A DNA stretch of 64,000 nt from NCBI GenBank assembly GCA_902521315.1, contig CABYRH010000005.1, positions 336 to 64,335 on the forward strand, given 5' to 3'. Shown here piece by piece: positions 56,219 to 64,000 of the stretch. The notes beneath the pieces are model-generated. The model was not told where the DNA came from and made no database searches. It saw nothing but the letters and a program-made list of their open reading frames with translations. Position 1 is the first letter of the stretch, and every line of letters starts with the position of its first letter. The stretch comes from an uncultured Alphaproteobacteria bacterium (GTDB lineage Bacteria > Pseudomonadota > Alphaproteobacteria > HIMB59 > GCA-002718135). The translations under genes and the position numbers were made by a program.

Positions 56219-57249
56219 TCTGGTTTTACTATAGTCATTTCATATAATCTGCTAGCAGTTCTTTTAAACTCTTCTGTTAGAGTATTTATATTATTTAATG
56301 AATTTATAGGTTTTGAAGCTAAAATTACTATTGAACAATTATTTTCATATAACATATCAATTAATCCAATAAATCTTCTGCACGAATCTTTTTTCTGATT
56401 ATCAAATTCTGGTACATTTTTTAAAAATACCAACTTAAATTTATCTGCAATATTTTTATAATCTTCATTACCAAGATTTACTTCACAAAGATTTTCAAAA
56501 TCTATCATCATTAGATTAGATGTACATTTATCAAACTTTAGTTCACGACTTTTAGATTTAATTTTTACAGTTGTTAAATGGGAGGGATCAACAAAGCGAT
56601 TAAATAATTTTTCAAATTCATTTGTGGTGTCAGTTGTTATGGGTGTGAAATATGTCTTTGATTGATTTAATGTTTGTCGACGAAAATCAGTTTTAATACT
56701 AATATCATAGAGAAAAAAATTTTTTTTAATTAAATCAATAAATGGTAGAAAGTCATTTCTTTGCAAACCATCTTTATATAAATTATCTGGATGAAAATTT
56801 GAGGACAGTAATATAAATATTTTATATTTAGAAAAATAATTAAATATTTTTTTTATTATTAGTGCGTCAACAATATTAAAAATATGTAATTCATCAATAA
56901 ATATTATTTTAAAATCTCTACTTAAATTCTTTACAAAGTTTTCGATTGCAAGTTCTTTATTTTCTGATTTTTTAACTTGTTCATGGATTTCATTCATTAA
57001 GTTATTGAAATGAATTTTTTTTCCAATCTTAGTATTTTGATAAAATAAATTTAATAAAAATGTTTTTCCTGTTCCGACTTGACCATAAAGATAAATTCCT
57101 TCAAAAATTTTATCTTTAAAAAATAACTTTGTTTTACTAAAAGATGACCATACATTATCTGCTTGTTTTAAGAATTCAATTTGATGTTTATTTTTTTTAA
57201 TAAAATTATTTTCAACAAAACTATTATATTGATCAATAACATTAAACAT
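56215..57249 (-). CDS. zapE: Cell division ATPase ZapE (AFG1 family)
   Basis: GIYLYGQVGTGKT, FIDELH, SNFHPDNLY.DGLQR, DFRR, RTASRLYEM. Confidence 0.9.
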   Translation of the reverse strand: MFNVIDQYNSFVENNFIKKNKHQIEFLKQADNVWSSFSKTKLFFKDKIFEGIYLYGQVGTGKTFLLNLFYQNTKIGKKIHFNNLMNEIHEQVKKSENKELAIENFVKNLSRDFKIIFIDELHIFNIVDALIIKKIFNYFSKYKIFILLSSNFHPDNLYKDGLQRNDFLPFIDLIKKNFFLYDISIKTDFRRQTLNQSKTYFTPITTDTTNEFEKLFNRFVDPSHLTTVKIKSKSRELKFDKCTSNLMMIDFENLCEVNLGNEDYKNIADKFKLVFLKNVPEFDNQKKDSCRRFIGLIDMLYENNCSIVILASKPINSLNNINTLTEEFKRTASRLYEMTIVKPD

Positions 57250-57389
57250 TATTTTTTACCTAAGTACTGTTCAAGTTGTTTTAAAGTTTCTAGTTCACCA
57301 CTTTTGATGCTTTTATCTTCTTTTTTCTTTTTTAATCGTTTATATTCCTTTATTAAAAAATTAAGACTCTCCATTATTTGTTTATTCAT
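57249..57389 (-). CDS. Hypothetical 46-aa protein (not in ORF track)
   Basis: MNKQIMESLNFLIKEYKRLKKKKEDKSIKSGELETLKQLEQYLGKK; ATGA overlap with the MFS stop and TAATG overlap with the zapE start. Confidence 0.7.
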   Translation of the reverse strand: MNKQIMESLNFLIKEYKRLKKKKEDKSIKSGELETLKQLEQYLGKK

Positions 57390-58576
57390 GTTTTATAAAT
57401 TATAGGTAAAATTGATGATACAACAATCATAATGGAGCTGATTAAAAATATAACTAATATTCCATAACCCCAATCAATAATATAACCAAAAACAACTGGC
57501 GATAAGGCACTTGCAAAAACCCCAACTGCGTGCAGTAAAGCTTTAGCAGTTCCAATACTTTTAACTCCGTAAATTTCTGCCCAGAGTGATCCCATAAACG
57601 GTGCAGATAAACCTAAGTTAAATCCAAATAAAGACATGTAAAGCACGAATGACCAATAATTATTAAAGAAAAAAAGAATGGTGATACAGAGCAACAAAGG
57701 TAATAGCATAAAAGGTATTGCTTTCTTTGTATTTATCTTATCTATTAAGGGTCCTCCTATTAATAAACCTAAAATAGAAAATAATCCAAAATATATATAA
57801 CCATTCCCAAGCATTTCCATTGTCCACCCTTTAGTATCAAAAATAAAAATCTGATGAAACATTAGCCCAGTACCAATAAATGGAAAGGCTGCAGCTAATG
57901 GAAAATAAATAAAAAAAACTCGGTCTTTTAAAATTTCTGTAATGGTCCAACTTTTATGTGTTTTCTCATTATCAATATTTTTTTGAAGAGCAGAATCCCT
58001 GCTTTTTTGATTATGAAGAATAAAGTATATTATTGGTATTAAGATCAAAAGAGTCAAAGTTGTTAAAAACCAAAGAGTTTTAAAATTAAAGTATGAGTCC
58101 AAATTAACGATAATCTTTGGTAAAAACATTATACCTAACATTCCTCCAAGTGTTGCAACAGATATTGCCTTACCTCTATCAATTAAAAAATATCTTGCCA
58201 TTGAAGTTGAGCCAGCATGTGTCATAGCTCCCTGTCCAAAAAAACGTAATAAAAATAAAATAAAAAAAAGATGAAAAATATTATCGAAAATAAAATAAAA
58301 ACCAATGCAAGCAAAAGCTAAACCGAGAATAATACCTATGGAGTATAATCTTAAATCAATTTTATCTATTAATTTAGCAAAGTTAATAAATAAAAATGAA
58401 CTTACAAGCGTTGCTATGGCATAAACTAATCCAAACTCACCATCTGTTATTTTATATAGATTTCGAATATCATCGTTAAATAATGCAATGTAAAAAGTCT
58501 GTCCAAAACTTGCAAAGAAGACCATAACAAATCCGTATATTAAGAGATTAGGATCATTTAAAAAAAATTTTTTCAT
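57386..58576 (-). CDS. MFS transporter
   Basis: About 12 hydrophobic segments, SFGQTF, LRFFGQG, RGKA, GPLIDK motif A-like. Confidence 0.88.
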   Translation of the reverse strand: MKKFFLNDPNLLIYGFVMVFFASFGQTFYIALFNDDIRNLYKITDGEFGLVYAIATLVSSFLFINFAKLIDKIDLRLYSIGIILGLAFACIGFYFIFDNIFHLFFILFLLRFFGQGAMTHAGSTSMARYFLIDRGKAISVATLGGMLGIMFLPKIIVNLDSYFNFKTLWFLTTLTLLILIPIIYFILHNQKSRDSALQKNIDNEKTHKSWTITEILKDRVFFIYFPLAAAFPFIGTGLMFHQIFIFDTKGWTMEMLGNGYIYFGLFSILGLLIGGPLIDKINTKKAIPFMLLPLLLCITILFFFNNYWSFVLYMSLFGFNLGLSAPFMGSLWAEIYGVKSIGTAKALLHAVGVFASALSPVVFGYIIDWGYGILVIFLISSIMIVVSSILPIIYKT

Positions 58577-58582
58577 TACAAT

Positions 58583-59254
58583 TTAAATCAATTTTTTAAT
58601 ACTATTTAAAAGCTTTACCATTTTACTTTTATCTATTCTTCCTGTGTTAACATTTCGTGGGCTTGGATGATAACTACCAACTAAAATTTTCTTATCGGGT
58701 AAAATATTCATAGATCCGTGAGAAAAAATAAAATCTTTATTTCGTATTTCATATTGTTGCTTATAATAATTTACACAGGCGTCATGACCAATTTTACCAA
58801 GGGCAACAATGACTTTTATATTTTTTAAGAAAGCAATTTCTTGATTAAAAAAATTAAAACATGTTTTCAATTCTTGTGAAGTAGGTTTATCTTCTGGGGG
58901 TACACATTTAAGAGCAGTAGTTAAGTACATATTTCGAAGTTCCAAACCGTCACCTCTATCTACAGAATCTGGTTGGTTTGCAAATCCAGTTTTATATAAA
59001 CAGGAAAATAAAAAATCTGCAGATTTATCCCCTGTAAAAACTCGACCTGTTCTATTTCCTCCATGTGCTGCTGGAGCAAGACCTACCATTAATAATTTAG
59101 CTTTTTCATCTCCATAACCAGTAATTGGTTTACCCCAATAACTTTGATCAATATATTGTTTTCTTTTTTCTTTAGCAATTTTTTCACGGAAGTTAACTAA
59201 GCGTTCACACTTTCTGCAATGAATAATGGATTTGTTTAAATTACTTAATGTCAT
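58583..59254 (-). CDS. Uracil-DNA glycosylase family 5 (UdgB-like)
   Basis: CRKCERL, GLAPAAHGGNRTGRVFTGD, KCVPP, YHPSPRNVNTG. Confidence 0.9.
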   Translation of the reverse strand: MTLSNLNKSIIHCRKCERLVNFREKIAKEKRKQYIDQSYWGKPITGYGDEKAKLLMVGLAPAAHGGNRTGRVFTGDKSADFLFSCLYKTGFANQPDSVDRGDGLELRNMYLTTALKCVPPEDKPTSQELKTCFNFFNQEIAFLKNIKVIVALGKIGHDACVNYYKQQYEIRNKDFIFSHGSMNILPDKKILVGSYHPSPRNVNTGRIDKSKMVKLLNSIKKLI

Positions 59255-59284
59255 TTGGAAGATATATATTTATATTACAGCTCT

Positions 59285-59848
59285 GTGATTAATGAAAGAG
59301 CTAAAGCTATTTTAGAATTTTGTTTCATCAAAACTCCACTAGAGCAGTGGTTTAAAAAAGATGATGAATTTGATAATATTTTGAAAAGTAGTTTTATGAA
59401 TGATTACATTAAGGCTATTAATAATGAGTATGATAATTGGAGAAATGATGCTGAAGAATGTGTAGCTTTAATTATATTACTTGATCAACTATCAAGAAAT
59501 TTTTTCAGAAATAATTCAAAAGCTTATGCCCAGGATACTAAGTGTGTTTTAATTGTTAAAGAAGCAATAAATAAAAGATATTTAGATAGCCTAGAAATTG
59601 ATAAAATACATTTTTTATTACTGCCATTAATTCATAGTGAGGATATCATGGATCATGAACTTGGTCATAAATTAGTCGATCAATATTTAAATAATCATTC
59701 AGAATATACTAATATTAAAAAAGCTTGGGACGACCATAGCGTGGCAATTAAAAAATTTGGAAGGTATCCGCATAGAAATAAAATACTAAATAGAAAATCA
59801 ACAAATGAAGAAGAGGTATTTTTAACACAACCGAATAGTTCTTGGTAA
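59285..59848 (+). CDS. DUF924 family protein
   Basis: WFKKDDEFD, IILLDQLSRN, LPLIHSE, FGRYPHRNKILNRKST; probable GTG start at 59285. Confidence 0.88.
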   Translation: MINERAKAILEFCFIKTPLEQWFKKDDEFDNILKSSFMNDYIKAINNEYDNWRNDAEECVALIILLDQLSRNFFRNNSKAYAQDTKCVLIVKEAINKRYLDSLEIDKIHFLLLPLIHSEDIMDHELGHKLVDQYLNNHSEYTNIKKAWDDHSVAIKKFGRYPHRNKILNRKSTNEEEVFLTQPNSSW

Positions 59849-59856
59849 ATCAAGAT

Positions 59857-60783
59857 ATGCTTTTAGAAAGAAATTTTTCAGATATTTTAAAACAACTTAA
59901 GTTTAAAAAAGGGAAAATTAAAGCAATTCTTGATACAGATACCTACAATGAAATTGATGATCAATTTGCTTTAGTGCAAATGTTGTTTTCAAAAGAAAAA
60001 ATTGAAGTGCAAAGTATAAATGCAGCTCCTTTTTCAATGAATAATCGTTCGGATAATCCAAAAAAGGGAATGGGGCTTAGTTATGATGAAATCTTTCGAT
60101 TGTTAGAAAAAATAAATTTTAAAAAAAATAATTTTGTTTTTAAAGGCTCAACAAAATATGTAGGTTTTGAAAAAAAACCAATTAATTCGCCTGCAGCAGA
60201 TAATATCATAGAAAGTGCTTTAGCATGTTCTGAAGAAGATCCTCTATACGTACTAGCTATCGGCGCTATTTCAAATGTTGCGTCTGCATTATTAAAAGAG
60301 CCAGAAATTATAAAAAAACTTGTTGTAGTTTGGTTGGGAGGTAACGCGCTTTATTGGCCACAAAATTTGGAATTCAATTTGAAGCAAGATATTGGAGGTG
60401 CTCAAGTTTTATTTGATAGCGGTGTTTCTCTCGTTATGGTTCCTTGTAAAGGAGTAACTTCACATCTTATTTCAACAGTTCCAGAAATAGAAAGATACAT
60501 CGAACCTCATGGTGAAATCGGTAAATTTCTAGCAATGCGATTTAAAGAGTACAATAGTATCCATAAAGGTTGGTCAAAAGAAATTTGGGATATGGCAGCT
60601 GTTGGTTATGTCTTAAACGAAAACTGGGCACCAACTAACACAATTCCATCTCCAATTCTTTTAGATGATATGAAATGGGCTTCAGACAAAAATAGGCACC
60701 CAATTAAAATAGTCTATGAAATAAAAAGAGATCCTATTCTTAAAGATTTCATTCAAAAATTAGAAAATTTCAATAATAAATAA
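59857..60783 (+). CDS. Inosine/uridine-preferring nucleoside hydrolase family protein
   Basis: DTDTYNEIDDQFA, IGAISN, EFNL.QD, IWDM; probable start ATG 59857. Confidence 0.85.
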   Translation: MLLERNFSDILKQLKFKKGKIKAILDTDTYNEIDDQFALVQMLFSKEKIEVQSINAAPFSMNNRSDNPKKGMGLSYDEIFRLLEKINFKKNNFVFKGSTKYVGFEKKPINSPAADNIIESALACSEEDPLYVLAIGAISNVASALLKEPEIIKKLVVVWLGGNALYWPQNLEFNLKQDIGGAQVLFDSGVSLVMVPCKGVTSHLISTVPEIERYIEPHGEIGKFLAMRFKEYNSIHKGWSKEIWDMAAVGYVLNENWAPTNTIPSPILLDDMKWASDKNRHPIKIVYEIKRDPILKDFIQKLENFNNK

Positions 60784-60794
60784 TTATAATAAAT

Positions 60795-60869
60795 GGTCTC
60801 GTGGTGAAATGGATATCACACGTGTCTTCGGAACATGGATTTGGGGTTCGAGTCCCTACGAGACCGCCA
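60795..60869 (+). tRNA. tRNA-Arg (anticodon TCG)
   Basis: GGTCTCG/CGAGACC acceptor plus GCCA, anticodon arm CGTGT-CTTCGGA-ACATG, GGTTCGAGT T-loop. Confidence 0.94.
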
Positions 60870-60870
60870 A

Positions 60871-61914
60871 TTAAATAGTTATTTTTTCTGAGTACTTTGA
60901 AATTACTAACTCAGCAATTTGAACAGCATTAAGTGCTGCTCCTTTGCGCAAATTATCTGAGACTACCCACAAATTCAAACCATTATCTATTGATTGATCA
61001 TTTCTAATTCTACTAATATAAACTTTATCCTCTCCTGCAATTTCAACAGGAGTCACATAACCTTCGTCTTTTCGATGATCAATTACTGAAATACCTTCAG
61101 AGTTAGATAATATTTCGTTAGCTTCTTTTTCATCTAATGGCGAGTCAAACTCTATATTTACAGCTTCTGAATGGCCAATAAATACAGCTGTTCGAACACA
61201 AGTTGCTGAAACATTAATTCCCTCGTCTAGAATTTTTTTTGTTTCATCAATCATTTTTTGCTCTTCTTCAGTATTACCATTTTCTAAAAAAGCTCCAATG
61301 TGTGGAATGGCATTAAACGCAATTTGTTTTGTGAACTTTTCTTTTTTTAATTCTTGGTTTGCATAAACATTTTGAGTCTGATTAAATAATTCATCCATAC
61401 CTGTTTTCCCTGCTCCAGAAACAGCTTGATATGTTGATACAACAACTCTGTTTATAATTGCTTTTTCATGAAGTGGTTTTAATGCAACAACCATTTGTAT
61501 AGTTGAACAGTTAGGATTTGAAATAATATTAGTTCTGTTTTCATCATCAAAAAATTCATCAAGTGCATTAGCGTTTACTTCAGGAACGATTAAAGGAATA
61601 TTTTGTTGCATTCGAAAATGAGAGGTATTGTCTATAACAATACATCCTTTTTTAGCTGCTTTTGGTGCATATTCTGCAGAAATTTTACCACCAGGTGAAA
61701 ATAAACCAATATGTGCTTTTGAAAAATCAAATTCTGATAAGTCCTCTACAACAATTTCTTTATCTTTAAACTCTACTTTTTTGCCTTTTGATTTTGATGA
61801 TGCAAGTAAATATAAATTGTCTATTGGAAAATCCCTTTGCTCTAATATTTGAACAATTTCTGTTCCTACCGCACCTGTTGCTCCTGCTACTGCTACATTG
61901 TATTTTTGAGTCAT
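60871..61914 (-). CDS. asd: Aspartate-semialdehyde dehydrogenase
   Basis: GATGAVG, NPNCST, STYQAVSGAG, GHSE, DNLRKGAALN. Confidence 0.96.
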   Translation of the reverse strand: MTQKYNVAVAGATGAVGTEIVQILEQRDFPIDNLYLLASSKSKGKKVEFKDKEIVVEDLSEFDFSKAHIGLFSPGGKISAEYAPKAAKKGCIVIDNTSHFRMQQNIPLIVPEVNANALDEFFDDENRTNIISNPNCSTIQMVVALKPLHEKAIINRVVVSTYQAVSGAGKTGMDELFNQTQNVYANQELKKEKFTKQIAFNAIPHIGAFLENGNTEEEQKMIDETKKILDEGINVSATCVRTAVFIGHSEAVNIEFDSPLDEKEANEILSNSEGISVIDHRKDEGYVTPVEIAGEDKVYISRIRNDQSIDNGLNLWVVSDNLRKGAALNAVQIAELVISKYSEKITI

Positions 61915-63027
61915 TTAATTTCCAGATAGAATTTTTAATTCTTCAATAACAGCATTACCCATTTCTTGAGTTGAGATAATTTTTTCTGCTCCATCTTTTA
62001 TATCAGCTGTTCTTAAACCTTTTAGTAATACATTCTGTACAGCTTTCTCAATCATTTGACTATCTTCTTGCATATCAAAACTATATTTCAACATCATAGC
62101 AAAGCTCATGATCATTGCTAAAGGATTTGCTTTAGATTGACCAGCTATATCTGGTGCGCTACCATGAACGGGCTCATACATTGCTGCTCTAGTTCCATTT
62201 TCTTTAACTGGTCCAAGAGCTGCTGAAGGAAGCATTCCCAAAGATCCAGTTAACATAGCAGCAGTATCACTTAAAAGATCACCAAATAAGTTATCTGTAA
62301 GTATGACATCAAATTGTTTTGGATAACGAACTAACTGCATTGCACAATTATCTGCAAGCATGTGTTCTAAATTAACATCAGAATATTCCTTTTTATGTAA
62401 ATCTGTTACGGTTTGTTTCCAAAATAAACCTGTTTCCATTACATTTGATTTTTCTACTGATGTAACTTTGTTATTACGCAACTTTGCTAAATCAAATGCC
62501 ACTCGTGAAACTCTATTAACTTCTGATGTGGTATACAATTGAGTATCAACTGCCTTACTTTCAGTCTCACTAATTTTTGATATACCTCTTGGTTGTCCAA
62601 AATATACACCACTTGTTAATTCTCTTATTATCAAAATATCTAATCCTTTAACAAGATCAGATTTTAAAGATGATGAATCTGAAAGAGCATCTAAAACAAC
62701 CGCTGGTCTTAGATTAGCAAAGAGATCAAGGTCTTTTCTTAATCTTAATAAGGCTGCTTCGGGTCTTTTATCTCTTTCTACGTTATCCCATTTAGCACCT
62801 CCTACCGCACCAAATAATACTGCATCACAATCCATAGCTACTTGCATTGTTTCATCACTAATAGAATTACCTTCTTTATCGTATGCCGTACCCCCAACTA
62901 ATCTTTCAGAAATATCAAAAGATAAAGATTTAGTTTTTTCCATCCAATCAATTATTTTTAGTACCTCAGCCATGACTTCATTGCCTATTCCGTCACCAGG
63001 TAAAATTAAAATTTTTTTATTACTCAT
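61915..63027 (-). CDS. leuB: 3-isopropylmalate dehydrogenase
   Basis: [38 protein letters not shown]. Confidence 0.96.
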   Translation of the reverse strand: MSNKKILILPGDGIGNEVMAEVLKIIDWMEKTKSLSFDISERLVGGTAYDKEGNSISDETMQVAMDCDAVLFGAVGGAKWDNVERDKRPEAALLRLRKDLDLFANLRPAVVLDALSDSSSLKSDLVKGLDILIIRELTSGVYFGQPRGISKISETESKAVDTQLYTTSEVNRVSRVAFDLAKLRNNKVTSVEKSNVMETGLFWKQTVTDLHKKEYSDVNLEHMLADNCAMQLVRYPKQFDVILTDNLFGDLLSDTAAMLTGSLGMLPSAALGPVKENGTRAAMYEPVHGSAPDIAGQSKANPLAMIMSFAMMLKYSFDMQEDSQMIEKAVQNVLLKGLRTADIKDGAEKIISTQEMGNAVIEELKILSGN

Positions 63028-63033
63028 TTTTGA

Positions 63034-63636
63034 CTACACTATCCAGGGTTGGATACTGTGTATTTTTTCTTCGTGAACATCAATTTTTTTATTTTTTTGG
63101 AGCGTCAAACCAATATCATCCAAACCCTCTAGCAAACATTTTTTTCGAAATGCATCAATTTCAAATTCTATTGTTTTATCATTTTGATAAGTGATTTTTT
63201 GATTTTCTAAATCAACTGAAACATCATTTTTATTTTCTGCTTCGTTAATTAATATATCTACTTTTTGTTGATCTAATTTAATTGGCAGTATTCCATTTTT
63301 AAAACAATTATTATAGAAAATATCTGCGAAGCTTGGCGCAATTATTGACTTAAAGCCAAAATCTAAAAGTGACCATGGTGCATGCTCTCTACTTGATCCA
63401 CAACCAAAATTTGCCCCAGCAATTAAAATTTTTGAAGTTTTATAAGGGTCCCAGTTTAGAACAAAATCATTCTTTATGTTACCTTGAATATCGTATCTTA
63501 ATTCATGAAACAAGTTTTTACCTAAACCAGATCTCTTTATTGTTTTCAAAAATTGTTTTGGAATAATCATATCGGTATCGACATTAATCATTGGTAGTGG
63601 CGCAGGGATACCAATTATTGTTTTAAATGATTCCAT
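63034..63636 (-). CDS. leuD: 3-isopropylmalate dehydratase small subunit
   Basis: [31 protein letters not shown]. Confidence 0.96.
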   Translation of the reverse strand: MESFKTIIGIPAPLPMINVDTDMIIPKQFLKTIKRSGLGKNLFHELRYDIQGNIKNDFVLNWDPYKTSKILIAGANFGCGSSREHAPWSLLDFGFKSIIAPSFADIFYNNCFKNGILPIKLDQQKVDILINEAENKNDVSVDLENQKITYQNDKTIEFEIDAFRKKCLLEGLDDIGLTLQKNKKIDVHEEKIHSIQPWIV

Positions 63637-64000
63637 TTATAAATCCTCTGCTGTTGCAAAAGAACCTTTGATTGCAGAGGCAGCAGCTATTGCAGGACTG
63701 ACAAGATGTGTTCTACCTTCTCTACCTTGTCTGCCTTCAAAATTTCTATTTGATGTTGATGCACATCTTTCTTGCGGTTTTAGTTGATCTGGATTCATAG
63801 CTAAACACATGGAGCAACCTGGTTCTCTCCAATCAAATCCTGCTTCAATAAAAATTTTATCTAAACCTTCTTCTTCAGCTTGTTTTTTAACTAGACCTGA
63901 ACCAGGAACAATCATTGAGTCTACAGAAACTTTTTTTCCTTCTACAACTTTAGCAACTTCTCTTAAATCCTCAATTCTTCCATTAGTACAAGAGCCAATA
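63637..64000 (-). CDS. leuC: 3-isopropylmalate dehydratase large subunit, C-terminal part (truncated by window edge)
   Basis: [37 protein letters not shown]. Confidence 0.95.
   Translation of the reverse strand, partial: IGSCTNGRIEDLREVAKVVEGKKVSVDSMIVPGSGLVKKQAEEEGLDKIFIEAGFDWREPGCSMCLAMNPDQLKPQERCASTSNRNFEGRQGREGRTHLVSPAIAAASAIKGSFATAEDL

Noticed and set aside
60785..60790. Perfect TATAAT just upstream of tRNA-Arg
   Set aside because: Only 4 nt from the tRNA 5' end, too close for a normal start site, and common by chance in AT-rich DNA.

Overview
AT-rich (roughly 30% GC by eye), extremely gene-dense window from a streamlined, probably marine Alphaproteobacterium (SAR11/HIMB59-like; taxonomy is inference). 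It is mostly core genome: argH-lptM-lysA, tyrC and a chorismate mutase-HisC fusion, metXW behind a SAM-II-type riboswitch, rplU-rpmA-obgE-proBA-nadD-rsfS-ctpA-rppH, atpHAGDC, priA, transaldolase, sdhCDAB-mdh-sucCDAB-lpdA, zapE and leuCDB-asd. It also carries tRNA-Leu(CAA) and tRNA-Arg(UCG). The left end has accessory metabolism: an epimerase, a MetE-like protein, L-rhamnonate dehydratase, a lactonase, a TPR/GT41 glycosyltransferase and galE-galT. A fadN-dmdB-like-metY-hydrolase cluster may couple methylthio-compound catabolism to methionine synthesis. Main unexplained signals: a ~140-nt rod-shaped structured ncRNA with its own promoter upstream of sdhC, an unannotated 46-aa ORF coupled to zapE, and apparent absence of ftsEX, envC and xerC from their usual loci. 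No CRISPR, IS element or prophage was seen.
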